From Monocercomonoides exilis PA203 (Eukaryota > Protista > Preaxostyla): a stretch of DNA of 64,000 nt. The translations under genes were made by a program, and so were the position numbers. The stretch covers positions 372,001-436,000 of the forward strand of contig LSRY02000021.1 in assembly GCA_001643675.2 (NCBI GenBank), given 5' to 3'. How positions within the stretch are numbered: the first letter of the stretch is position 1; each line of letters begins with the position of its first letter. Below the pieces are notes generated by a model that worked only from the letters and a program-made list of their open reading frames with translations, was not told the DNA's origin and ran no database searches. Below are positions 1-11,017 of the stretch, piece by piece.

Positions 1-6
1 ACTCTT

Positions 7-1782
7 ATGAATTATTCTCCTTCTGATTCAACAAATCTGTTACCATGTTTGGACATTGTTGACTGCTTCATTCAATTCTATTCCAAGTTGCTTGTTTGCC
101 AAAGACAAGATATTTTAAAATCGTGCGACACGATCTGCCAGCAGCTCGATAATTATCATGATTCAAAGTTGATGTGCCCTCAATCATCATCGTTATCACC
201 TTCTCTTTCTCTTTCTTCTTCTTCTTCTTCTTCTTCTTCTTCTTCTTCTTCTTCTTCTTCTTCTTCTTCTTCTTCTTCTTCTTCACCATCTATTGTCTGT
301 TCTGAATTAACAAATGCCCCCGTATTGGATGTTCCTGCATTGCCCCATCTCACAAATGTTATATTCGATGAAAATCACACAATTGTGCCAGACGATATCA
401 CGCAGCTTGATTTCATTCGTTTGTTGCTTGCTCATACCTCGTGCTCTATAAAAACAGCATTACGCATTCAATCACTAAAGCTTCTGCATTACCTTCTTCC
501 ACTTGTTCCTGATATCGTTGCAGGCTCATCAAAACACTCCTTTTTGTTCGACATGTTATTCTGTTTAACTACTGAACTCAATATAGCCTTCAAATATTGC
601 GACTTTTTGGAGGGATATACAGAAGATTTCCCGTTTCGTTTCAATATTTGGGGAAAGTATTCATGCTGCCCAAACGTTGATCGATCATTTATTATTCTAG
701 AAACTGACGATTCAAGTGTCGAGGAGAAAGAGCTCCTAGCAACAGAGTTATGTGGATTTTTGGTTGATCTTGTTCTGCAAGCGTCCAAGAAGTTTGAAGA
801 AATGGTTAAATCCAATAGTACACTGTTTGCGCGGTTTGAATGGAATGACATCGCTTATTTGGAAGATCCGGGTATATCAATGATTAAGATTCCCGATAAA
901 CCTTCGTTTGCTGTTGTGAAAAGAATACTGATTTCGCTTGAGACTGTTCTGTATTTGATGACCGAGCCTGATAAAGCCAACGAAATGATGAAAATTGATT
1001 ATCACCTTCCGGTTATTTCATATCTTAATTTGAAATCATTGATGAAGAAACATGCCAATTTCAGACATTCTATTTATTCAAACGTTGGAAATGTTGTTGC
1101 TGAAGAGAAAGGAGAAAACGAAAAAAGAAAACAGAAAGTTATGAAAGAGAAAGGAACTGCTAAAACAGAATCACACAAGAGGTATTCTGAAATTCTCAGC
1201 CCCATTGAAAGAGCAGTTGTGGAAAAGTATCAAACCATCAAACAGATTTACATACTCTCTTTGCAGAAGTCAAAAATTGATCCCTCAAAGCTCCACCGTC
1301 CACCGTCAAGAGCCTTTGTTACGTTTGTGTTCAACAGCTTCACACAAAACCCAGTTCTTTTGTATCACGTTTTTAAACTCCCGTTTCCATCTGACCCAAA
1401 CTGGATGAAGGAGGTTGCACTTTCAGAAAGCAACAGCGTCAGTCTTCAGTTGTTTTCAAATATCCAAGACTTAGTTTTCTATTTGCTTGACTCATTGCAA
1501 CAAGCATCAGAAGAGATGAGTGAAACATGTTCTGCCAGTTCAACAGTCGAATTGGAAGCAACAAGAGAAAACGAAAGTTCTCTATGTAATTGCATTCTTT
1601 CGCTTGGACTGTTCCCACAGAAGCATGATGATATTAATTCAATTTTTGAGGAAAATCTGACGACGATCAAAAATGTGATTGAGATAATTAAAACGTTGAA
1701 AGTGGACCCTGCTTGGTACGAAGATGCTTCAATTATCCTCAACTCCATCGTTAACTCGTTTACAAAACGGCAAAATGTGTAA
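7..1782 (+). CDS. Hypothetical protein (591 aa) with N-terminal poly-Ser tract; may be 5'-partial
   Basis: Long uninterrupted ORF with coding-like composition, followed by AT-rich intergenic DNA. No recognisable family motif. Confidence 0.7.
   Translation: MNYSPSDSTNLLPCLDIVDCFIQFYSKLLVCQRQDILKSCDTICQQLDNYHDSKLMCPQSSSLSPSLSLSSSSSSSSSSSSSSSSSSSSSSSSPSIVCSELTNAPVLDVPALPHLTNVIFDENHTIVPDDITQLDFIRLLLAHTSCSIKTALRIQSLKLLHYLLPLVPDIVAGSSKHSFLFDMLFCLTTELNIAFKYCDFLEGYTEDFPFRFNIWGKYSCCPNVDRSFIILETDDSSVEEKELLATELCGFLVDLVLQASKKFEEMVKSNSTLFARFEWNDIAYLEDPGISMIKIPDKPSFAVVKRILISLETVLYLMTEPDKANEMMKIDYHLPVISYLNLKSLMKKHANFRHSIYSNVGNVVAEEKGENEKRKQKVMKEKGTAKTESHKRYSEILSPIERAVVEKYQTIKQIYILSLQKSKIDPSKLHRPPSRAFVTFVFNSFTQNPVLLYHVFKLPFPSDPNWMKEVALSESNSVSLQLFSNIQDLVFYLLDSLQQASEEMSETCSASSTVELEATRENESSLCNCILSLGLFPQKHDDINSIFEENLTTIKNVIEIIKTLKVDPAWYEDASIILNSIVNSFTKRQNV
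214..282 (+). repeat. (TCT)23 microsatellite encoding poly-Ser
   Basis: Perfect trinucleotide run read directly from the sequence. Confidence 0.95.
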
Positions 1783-2670
1783 ATAATAATGTTTAGCTTC
1801 CTGTAACAGTTGCTGTAACAGGAAGTTTGGGCAATTAAATGATATTTCATCAATTTGTTTATTTGATTGATCTTAAGCAATCACTTTCTATTTGAAAAAT
1901 TGTTATTATTAAAATCAGTGTTTGAAGTTTTAAAATGCATAGTAAATGATGTTAATTCCAAAATAAGTAAGAGCTTTGTTTGAATTATTCAATTTAATTA
2001 GTTACACGAGATCATTCAACAACCTTTCGTTTATTTATTGAAAACATTTTTTGATTATTATTTTATTTCCTTTTCGATCTCAAGAAGCAATTTTTGCTCA
2101 AATAATTCAAAAAAAATGCTTTTCCTTATTTTCATTATTACATCATTTGCTTTTATTATGCATTGTTTCGCTTCATACTCTATTGTAATTGTTTATAATG
2201 GCTTTAATATCTATTCAAATTATTGATAATTCTTTCTTTTCTTTTTTTTCAGAATTTTTCTTGAAAAATTATCATTTGAATGATACTCCAAAAATAATTT
2301 GAATTCGAAAAAGAATATTTCAATTTCGAAAAAATAGAATTTCTGGTTTGTGAAATGAACAGATAGTTTTATGTGTTTTGTACACAAATTTTAATATGTT
2401 TTCAGTCAATTTTTGAACTTTTGCAAATTGCCGATTAATTTGGGACAAATTTTTTGAAAATATGAAAAAAATAGTAATTTGTTCCAACTTTTCCTACAAT
2501 CACATTATGATAAGTCTTTCATTTCAATGCTAAATAACTGAAAATTTTATAAATTGAAAAAATTTCTGGAATGTGAAGTGCGGAACAAAATTCTTAAAAC
2601 CAAAAATTTCTTCCCATTTTTCAAATAACACCCATTTTTTTATAAATTTTCTTAGAATACATGGCTAATC

Positions 2671-2860
2671 CTTTTTGAAATCAGATTATCGTTCGAGTTT
2701 CGATGAAAATTTCTGTCTCAATGGGATTTTGGAAATAATTTTGTTTTAATAACAATAACATCATGAACTATATGTATTAACAGTTTTTGTTCAATTTTTC
2801 AAAATCCCTTTAATGAAGTTTTTTTGATCAAAACTCGATCGAAAGTGTGATTTCAAAAAG
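2671..2860. repeat. Degenerate inverted repeat (old foldback/MITE remnant)
   Basis: ctttttgaaatcagattatcgttcgagtttcgatgaaaa (2671-2709) matches the reverse complement of 2822-2860 (ctttttgaaatcacactttcgatcgagttttgatcaaaa). An inner gggattttg/caaaatccc pair also matches. Confidence 0.6.
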
Positions 2861-3074
2861 TCGATTTAATCGACTTTTTGATCAGAAATCTCAATTTTTT
2901 GATTTTTCAAAATAATGTTTAAATAAGTCTGAATAACATAATAAAGCATGAAAAATTGTTATTTCAATTGAAAAATGTGTTTATGTGAAGAATTTCCAAC
3001 AATAAAAAAATCAATACAAAATAAATTATTTCAAAAATCAAGTTTTTTTTATTTTTCTGTGTAAAGAATCATCG

Positions 3075-3151
3075 TATATAATCACAATCGGATATAGTTA
3101 CAAAAATGTCTTGCAAAACACAATATGATTATATCCGGTTTTGACTATATA
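3075..3151. mobile_element. Tiny (~77 bp) MITE-like element with pogo-type TIRs
   Basis: Left end tatataatcacaatcggatatagtta vs right end reverse complement tatatagtcaaaaccggatataatca. TA dinucleotides at both termini; ~25-bp spacer. Confidence 0.5.
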
Positions 3152-4238
3152 TTCATTTTTATCTCGTTTCAGCTTCAACTACTTTTGTTTTAAATATAAC
3201 TTAGATACAGTCTGTCCCAAAAAAATGTTGATCCGTCCGTTTTTAATGTCGATCATACCTCAAGTTGAAATTTTTATTGGATACCATTATTTATTGGGGT
3301 GGTTTTAGTTATTTTTTTTGTTCTCTTTTCATTTTTCATATGTATGCCTTTTAATTTAACAAACAACAAAAATGAGTGAGAGAGTATGGATTGAATGCAC
3401 TTGTAATCTGTTTATTCTTTTTTTTTTGTTATTATCACTGTCTAAGTGTTTTTACACAACATTTTTTCTTTCTAGTACAGCGTTTTGCAAATTGCAAGGA
3501 CAAATGCGAGGAGTAACACAGAATTTCATTTTAATGAACTTTCGAACCTTAAATAATCAAATAAATGAACATTTGTCGTAAAAATATCAAAAGAAATTAT
3601 GTTTGATGAGGTTTGTTGTTTTTTAATGTCAATTACACGCAATCAACGGATACTCCTTTATGTTTAACCAGTTAGAGAATAATGATTGACTGTCATTGAG
3701 ATATTTTGAACTTTTCATTTTTTTCATTGTTTTTAAATGCCATCAGTTCCTATTTTTGTTTTTCATTGGTTTTTATCATTTTAATGCTTATCACCAACAA
3801 CTCCATAACCTTTTATATATTTTCTTCATCAATCGAATAAGCATGCAGAACATTTTCATTAATCACTCTTCCTTCTGATTATTTATGTTTCAGAAAAATA
3901 TGAAAAAAAACATGTTGAAATAAATTAGATTTGGGGGAAAATACGAACTTTCAAGCTTTTTTTGCACAAGGCACAAAAAAATTGCTTCACTCATAACTTT
4001 TTTTAGCTTTCTCGGATTTAAAAAAAATTTTGATTTTCATATCTGCAAACAGGTGTCATTGAAATCATAACAAAAAGTTTTTCAACATTTCACGAATGTC
4101 AAAAAATAGAACAATTTTTATTATATTATTTGATATAAAATGGTCAATGAAAAGTGCATAATTTTTCAATGAAAATGCTTGAAACAAAATATTTTGCCCC
4201 TTATTGAAAAAAAGAATCAGATTGGAGAAAATTTTCGA

Positions 4239-4686
4239 CATGCAGCTCTCATTATGGAAGGATGAGAAGATCATTTTCAGGAAGATATAAAGAAAGAATG
4301 CAGAGATAACCTAATTGATTTGATTAAATAACCATCTCATTCATCCCACATTCTCCAACCAATCGATCAATTCATTTTTGCTAATAAGAAGCTCGCTTTT
4401 TCAAAATTAAAGGATTGTGGGATGGTCACTTCTGCATCTGCGAGAAGAGAAGCCTTTGTGAAGGTTCTGAAAAATGGAATCACTGCAGCAAGCTGTCCAG
4501 AGACGATTATTCCATCATGGAGAGTGAGCGGAATGTGACCAGTGAATAAAGAAGATATTCTCAGGCACCTTCCATATTCACCTCTGGAATGGGCTCAATC
4601 AGAAATTTAGCCAAAAAAAGCACCTGAAGGTGCATCTTATGGAGCAGTTTACAGAGCTTCCGATAGGCTTGAAAACATTTTTAAAT
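4239..4686 (+). pseudogene. Decayed 3' fragment of a pogo/Fot-like transposase, related to the element at 4905-6585
   Basis: Translates as HAALIMEG*EDHFQEDIKKECRDNLIDLIK*PSHSSHILQPIDQFIFA...RREAFVKVLKNG...APEGASYGAVY. This aligns by eye to the intact transposase C-terminus, with several stops. Confidence 0.9.
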
Positions 4687-4904
4687 AAACAACTTTTGAT
4701 CTTTGTTATTCGATTTAATTATTCGAAATCTATCTTTTCTTACAATTCAATTGACTATTTTTTACATGTGCAATAAAGAAATATTGCACTTATTTATTAT
4801 TTTGCAAAAATAAAAACTCAGTTACAAAAATTTTAACAAAAAAACGAAAAAAAACTTTTCATTCATGAAAAGATAACTATCTCTGGTTTTAAAACCGTCT
4901 TCTA

Positions 4905-6585
4905 GTCGGGGAGGAAACCCGATCCAGGGAGGAAACCCGACCCAATGATCAAAAAAAACATTTAAGATAAATTGATGAAATTTTATGTTTTTTTGACGAA
5001 AAAAATATGTTCAATATATGAAAAATGCACTGTTAACAGAAAAAAAACTGAATAAAATAATAAGCACGATTTTCAAAAACAGAAATTCAAATAAATGTAT
5101 TATTAACTGAAATTGAGAAAAAGTCTTAATTTAAGCAAAAAGTTGATGATCATCGTCAGATGAATAATAGACTGCTCCAAATGAAGCACCTTCTGGTGCT
5201 CTTTCAGGATTTATTTGTGAGGCAGCCCATTGAGGAGGGGCATCAGGCAAACGATTCAAAACTGCATTTTTGTCCATTGGAAATAAGCCGCAAACCCTCC
5301 ACGAAGCAATTATCGTTGAGGGGTAACTAGCAGCTGATAGGCCATTTTTTAAAGTTCGAATAAATGCTTCTCTTCTCTCCGCAGCCGTCGTAGCCTTCCC
5401 GCTTTCCGTTGCCTTGCTGAAATTCCTCTTTAAACTCGCAAACACAAATTGGTCGTTGGGCTGTAGAATATGAGAGGTGTGAGAAGGAAGTTTTATCAAA
5501 TCTATTAAATTGTCTCTGCAAACTTTTTTCATTTCATCGCTGAAATGACCCACACCTCCATCCATGACCAGCATAGCATGATCATATTGCTTTCCTATGG
5601 CGCATCGTTTTTTGTTTATTTCTGGCAAAAATATTTTTTTGAACAATTCAGCAAATAATGACGATGTTAAATGGCCTGACGCGGTTGGGATAAAAACTTC
5701 AGTTGAGGTTGTAGCAAGAAGATATTCAGCCGGAATTGTTTTGAAGGGAATGAGAATTGGTGCAAGATATCTGCACCCATCGGCGCTAGTCATTACAATG
5801 ATGGATGTGGAGGTTGGCAGAGACGATTCTGGAGTGATTGATGATGGTACAGAAGATGATGAAGCTACCTGTTCTTCTAACAAAGCTGAAAAAACTGTTG
5901 ATGTTTCATCAATATTGAACATTAATTGAGGTATTGGTTTCACCTTGAAGCAATATTTTTCGTAGGCGTCGAAAAACGTAATTAACACTGCTTTGCATGA
6001 ATGAGCAGTCCTTCCAATGGGCAGCGGTTTCGGCTTTTGCAAGATGATTTTTTTATGTCTTAACAAAAAACGATCAACCCAATGCTTGTCCACAGTTTTG
6101 ATTTCTTCTCCTTCGCTTCTTTTTTTGCACAATAATTCATTTGCCTGAAAAACAAAAAAAGTTAAAAAAAATGATGAAAAGACTTGTTTTCACACCATTT
6201 GTATAATATTGCGTTTCGTGTGATAAATTCCGATCCTAATGTCCTCCAAAATCCTCTCTTCAAACTCATCTTCTTCTGCTTTAGTAAACAATGTTGGTCT
6301 TCCGTTTTTTCTTAAATCTCTCCCTTCTTTTCTTGCTTTCAAGGCTCTCACCAAACATCCTCTCGAAATCAACCCGCTTTCCTCGATTTCACGACCGGAG
6401 TATTGCAAAATATCATAGGCATACAAGGCCTTGACAAATTCATCTCCAATTGAACGCATGTCACTCGATGCTTTAATTCTGACAAGAGAAGGTTTCTTTT
6501 CCATTGTTTTGATCAAAAACATTAATCAAAGTTTTTGATCAAAAATGGATCGGGTTTCCTCCCTGGATCGGGTTTCCTCCCCGAC
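4905..6585 (-). mobile_element. Full-length pogo/Fot-like (Tc1/mariner superfamily) DNA transposon
   Basis: ~40-bp TIRs GTCGGGGAGGAAACCCGATCCAGGGAGGAAACCCGA(C/T)CCA, each with an internal direct repeat. TA at 4903-4904 and 6586-6587 (TSD). Encodes a transposase. Confidence 0.95.
5131..6522 (-). CDS. Pogo/Fot-like DD35D transposase (DDE_1 family), two exons, apparently intact
   Basis: Exon 1 6522/6504-6196, 51-bp intron GTGTGA...TTTCAG (6195-6145), exon 2 6144-5131 in frame. Catalytic motifs FNIDET, VMDG and LPSHTSHILQPND, with 35 residues between the 2nd and 3rd Asp. Confidence 0.92.
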
Positions 6586-6594
6586 TATCAACAA

Positions 6595-6667
6595 CTCGAT
6601 GTAGTCTAGTCGGTTAGGATTTAGGATTTTCACTCCTGAGACCCGGGTTCGATTCCCGGCATCGAGG
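6595..6667 (+). tRNA. tRNA-Glu (anticodon TTC)
   Basis: Acceptor stem CTCGATG/CATCGAG; D-arm GTCTAGTCGGTTAGGAT; anticodon stem TAGGA/TCCTG with loop TT-TTC-AC; T-arm CCGGG-TTCGATT-CCCGG. Confidence 0.95.
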
Positions 6668-6669
6668 AA

Positions 6670-6677
6670 TTTTTTTT
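6670..6677 (+). terminator. Pol III oligo-T terminator of the tRNA gene
   Basis: T8 run just downstream of the tRNA 3' end. Confidence 0.8.
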
Positions 6678-6832
6678 GCTAAGATTTATTTTTTTGACAA
6701 AATATTTTTCTGATTCAAAACAATCATGTTCATTGTGAGAGTTTTGTTTTTTATACTCGTTTTTTAAATTTTGTTGGGAATGGAATGTCCCATTGCAAAA
6801 TATTTCAATATTTATTAATTTATGTCTTTTAG

Positions 6833-7865
6833 CTATTCAGATATTTATGAGGATGATGAAGATTCATCGGAAGAATTTGCTTTGAAACCTCGTAAAGTTA
6901 ATTGTATGTATTTTTTCTGTTTTTTTATTGAAATTCACATTTTTGAGTTATCAATTTAGCTCAGCTTTCGAAAGAAATTTTTGATCCTCCATTAACAAGC
7001 AAGAGCACAATTTCTTCTGCCAAAAAGAACAAAAAATCGCATGATGTATTTTTGTTGAATAATTCCATGAAATTTTTAATTGTGTGAGTTTGGTTTTTTA
7101 GTTGCTTTCTGCAATATTTGATGACTCTCGCCATAAAACGGACAAACGCAATGAAAAAATGAAAAAACGAACTTTTGTTTTGTGGGATTCCACTCAAAAA
7201 GAGAAACCTTTACATATAACTGAAAAAAAGATTCGCAAAGACAATGATGAACAAATTAAGGACAAAAATGAAACAACATACAATTCAGTTCCACCGCATA
7301 ACGATAACGAAAAGCATGAAGAAGAAGAAGAAGAAGAAGGAGAAAGAAAAAAAATGCAAGTGATTGAACTTTCTTCTCCTTTAAAAGAAATAAATTCTTC
7401 TTTTCCAGAAAAAAAGCATAAAACTTTCATGCAAAAAGAGCAAGAGAAAAGAAATAAAGGACTTCAAGGGACAGATAAAAACTTTATTGAAGAAGAAAAA
7501 CGAATTATGAGAGATGTGGCGAAAACAGGTTTGCAGAAAGATCTTGCTTCCAATTGCACAAGCTTTTTTGTTTCAAACAAGATGATCATCATATTTTTGT
7601 TTGAGAAAAAATTTTTTCATTTTCATTCTTTTTTAATTATAATATTTATATCATCATTTATTTCATGTATGAATTTATTATATTATGATGATTTGAATGA
7701 TGGAAAAAACTTCATTTTTTCAAAATCACATGCTTTCTTTGCAAAATTTAGAATACGGTTTCTAGATAATGTACCCTCACTTATTTTGAAATCAATCTTT
7801 TTTGAACCCAAGAATTACAAGCGTTTTGATTTGTGTAAATTCTGCGTTTGCAAGATGGTTTGTAG
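6833..7865 (+). CDS. Hypothetical charged multi-exon protein (start not resolved)
   Basis: Short exons can be joined across GT-AG introns (YSDIYEDDEDSSEEF...SHD/LLSAIFDDSR...RDVAKT/DGL*). The 3' part of listed ORF 7102-7956 looks like intron read-through. Confidence 0.5.
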
Positions 7866-8138
7866 AGGTTTGTATCTTCGTAATTCCATGGAAAAAATTG
7901 CGCAGAACATAATAGTGAGGTGGAGAATAAAAAAAGCGCGCCTTTTTCAGCCATAGAAAGCGTTTCTATCTCATAATTTCAATAAAAACCACATAAGAAC
8001 ACACAAATGAAAAAAACTACAGCCTGACTTGTGATGATTTTTATTGTAATATTATTGTATTCACTTCAATTTCTTAACCTTCTTCCTCTTCGTCTTCCTA
8101 ACAAAATCTTGAAGATTGAATTTATATGTTCTGCAATC

Positions 8139-9482
8139 CTACGTATCATCGCTTTCAGCTTCATCATCTTCATTGCTCTCTCCTTCATTTCCACTCTCTC
8201 CTTCACTTCCTTCTTCTCCTTCCTCTTCCTCTTCTTCATCTTCTTCAAATTCTCCTTCATCGTCAAAGTCAGTCTTTCGTCATTTCACAATTTATATGAA
8301 AAATAAAATATCAAATGTTAAAAATAAAAAATAAAATCGATAAATTCAATAAAAATAAAATCGTCATGAATAATTAATTAAAAAAGCAATTGCAACATCA
8401 ATTTCTTTTAAGAAAATAAATCTATCTTTCACATTAATTAACATACGAATGAACTTCGGGGATTTGGATAGATTTCATCCTTTATCATCATAAGATATGT
8501 TGGATCTGTGTTTTCAGGTGTTAAAAGATCAAAAAATGTAACAGTTGGCTGAAATCCATGTATATCCCTTTGTTTTCCTTTTCCTCCTGCTTCTGCCATC
8601 GCTCGTTCATTGTTTGCTTCCGCAACACGTTTTGAAATATTCTTTGAGATTTCATGTTACGCATAAAAGTATGTAAAAATCAAATGTAATTATGTATATT
8701 TTATTTAAAAATTAAATCAAATCTCTACACATTCATAAACACTCCATCCTCTTTCTTTTTCTCTTCCACTAACTCCTTATCTTTCTCCAAATCCAACACT
8801 AATTCGATTTCTTTCTCTTCCATTCACACCATTCCCTCTTTCCATTCTATTTCTGCACAAGGAGCGCCAACCAAATCGAGTCCGTCTTGAACAATCACAG
8901 GCTTTTCAATCACAGAATTTTTGAAATATGGATTCTCGTCAAAAGTCTGAAGTGAATAAAAATTTCCAAAGAAATATAAGAAATAAAATATATAAGAACG
9001 ATATTTAGAAAGCTTAGCATACAAGACGAATTGTGAATCCACCAGGAAGATGTCCTTTTGAAGTAAAGGAAAGGTCCTTGCAATAACCCATGGCATTAAT
9101 GGTGTCTGGATCTGAAAAAAAGGATCCAAGCAAAGGATTTGAACTTAGAGCAGTTAGCCAGAAATTTGGAATTCGCTTAAAGATTTCTGCTCGTTTTTCA
9201 AGAATTGGTTCCAGCTTGGTTTGATATTGAGCCTGAACCTGAGATAACTCTTTCAGCATTTTATCTTGCATAGCTGAAATTTTGTCTTGAACTTGAGTTA
9301 TTTTTCTAAAGATTTCATCTGTTATGAAGCATTCAAAAAGTGAACACATGCAAAAAATCAATGAAACATCGAGATCCACACAAATAAAGCCTCATAAAAA
9401 TTTTTATAAAATTTCAACAGTTCAAACCAGAGATGTGTTCATCTTGTTCTACTTCATTTCTTGTACGATGTTGTTGTGCCAT
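8139..9482 (-). CDS. NAP/SET family histone chaperone (nucleosome assembly protein), 5 exons
   Basis: Motifs KRAEIFKRIPNFWLTAL, TFDENPYFKN, EIEWKEG and IKDEIYPNP, plus an acidic C-terminal tail ending at TAG 8141-8139. Introns join in frame. Confidence 0.9.
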
Positions 9483-9665
9483 AAAACAACGAAAATTTCA
9501 AGATCGTGAAGAGATATTATTAGTATATTTGATTCAAAATTTCATAACTATTAATAAAATAGTTATTGATTATCTAATACGAATGATTTCAAATAATATC
9601 AGCTTTATTCGATGAACCCTTTATCGAATAATTCTTTTTTATTTTTTGACATCCTTTTTTGGATT

Positions 9666-10885
9666 ATGAAAAAATTTTCACTCAAGGACTCGCTTGATAA
9701 TTTTGATCTTTTGCTTCTTAATTATGATTTTCCTTCATTTGCCCCTGACTTAATTGCTGCTTGTGTGCATTTTCTGTCGATTCAAAAAGTATATTTTCAA
9801 CATCATTTATAGCAAACTCATTCTTATGTGCAGACGGAGGACTCAACAGATATCAAAATATGGTGGCAAAGACAAGTGACTTTGAAGAGTATTTTTATTA
9901 TTTAGCCATCTTTTAATAATGATTTTTAGACGAGCCCCTGCTGCTGTTGTTGGTGATTTTGATTCTGTAGAAAAAGATAATATTACATCTTTCGAAAAAA
10001 AAGTGTGTGGATGGTGTTTTATTATTTTATTCCGATTTCTTCAAACTAATGAAGGGTACAGAAATTTTTAAAGATCCTGATCAAGATACCAACGATTTAG
10101 AAAAATGCTTAAAATATATAACCACGAAAAGATCAAGCAAAGAGAAAAAATTATTCGAAGCGTCGTCCCTTGTGATTATCGGTGCTATTGGAGGAAGATT
10201 TGATCAAGTATTTGTTATCATTTATTTTTACATGAAAATAATTGAAAATTGCTCTCTTAAAGGAAATGGCAAACATCAATGCAATTTTAAAGTATTTTGA
10301 TGCGCATAACAAGGAAGAAGATGTTTATGACTCTGTGCTATTTTTAACAGATTCATCTCTAATATCATTTTTAATGACTGATCAGCTATTGGCTGAACCC
10401 TCTTCTTCGTCAACACCATCTTCGTCAACAACATCATCAAAAGAACAACCAGAAGAGAAAGTACATGAGATAACAAGGTTTTCGCTTTGCGAAAATGGCG
10501 TTTGCGGATTTGTGTGAATCATTTTTCTTTATTCAGCTTCAGCTCTTATTTCTTTTTCGACGGGTTCTGCTTTCGTTTATTTACTAGATGCCCATTGGCT
10601 GTAAATGCGATCACTGTAAAACAACAGGCTTTAAATGGGATGTTGGTTTGCCTGAAGGAGTATTTTTTTTTAAAAATTGTTTGATTCGTATATATTTAAC
10701 GAATGTGTTTGTCAACAACTCATGTTCTAGATTGTCCAATTGGCTTTGGAGGACTTATAAGCACATCAAATGAATTTGCTTCGCAAAAAGTTACAATTCA
10801 ACATTCCCACAGTCTTATTTGGACTTCTGTAATTGAACCTATTCATCTAAAACAATATCTAAGAGATTTAAAAAAGAAGATTTGA
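9666..10885 (+). CDS. TPK1: Thiamine pyrophosphokinase, multi-exon
   Basis: Motifs CADGGLNR, VVGDFDS, DQDTNDLEKCL, GAIGGRFDQ, TTGFKWDV and FGGLISTSNEF, spread over short exons. Confidence 0.92.
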
Positions 10886-11017
10886 TATTTTTAGATTTTG
10901 AGTATTATCATTTTATGTGTTATTTTTGTGGAACTATTGCTTTATATTTATTCATTTGGAACTTTTGTTAATATTTTGATCAATATGCATTATTTCAAAG
11001 AATAAATTAAAATACTG

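Noticed and set aside
68-289. Poly-Lys ORF on the minus strand
   Set aside because: Antisense reading of the (TCT)n microsatellite.
4905-4944. Short direct repeats resembling a CRISPR or iteron array
   Set aside because: Only two units, no spacers, mirrored at 6546-6585; they are part of the transposon TIR.
7530-7956. Hydrophobic C-terminus of ORF 7102-7956 as a TM region
   Set aside because: T-rich sequence starting at a GTTTGC donor; most likely intron read-through.
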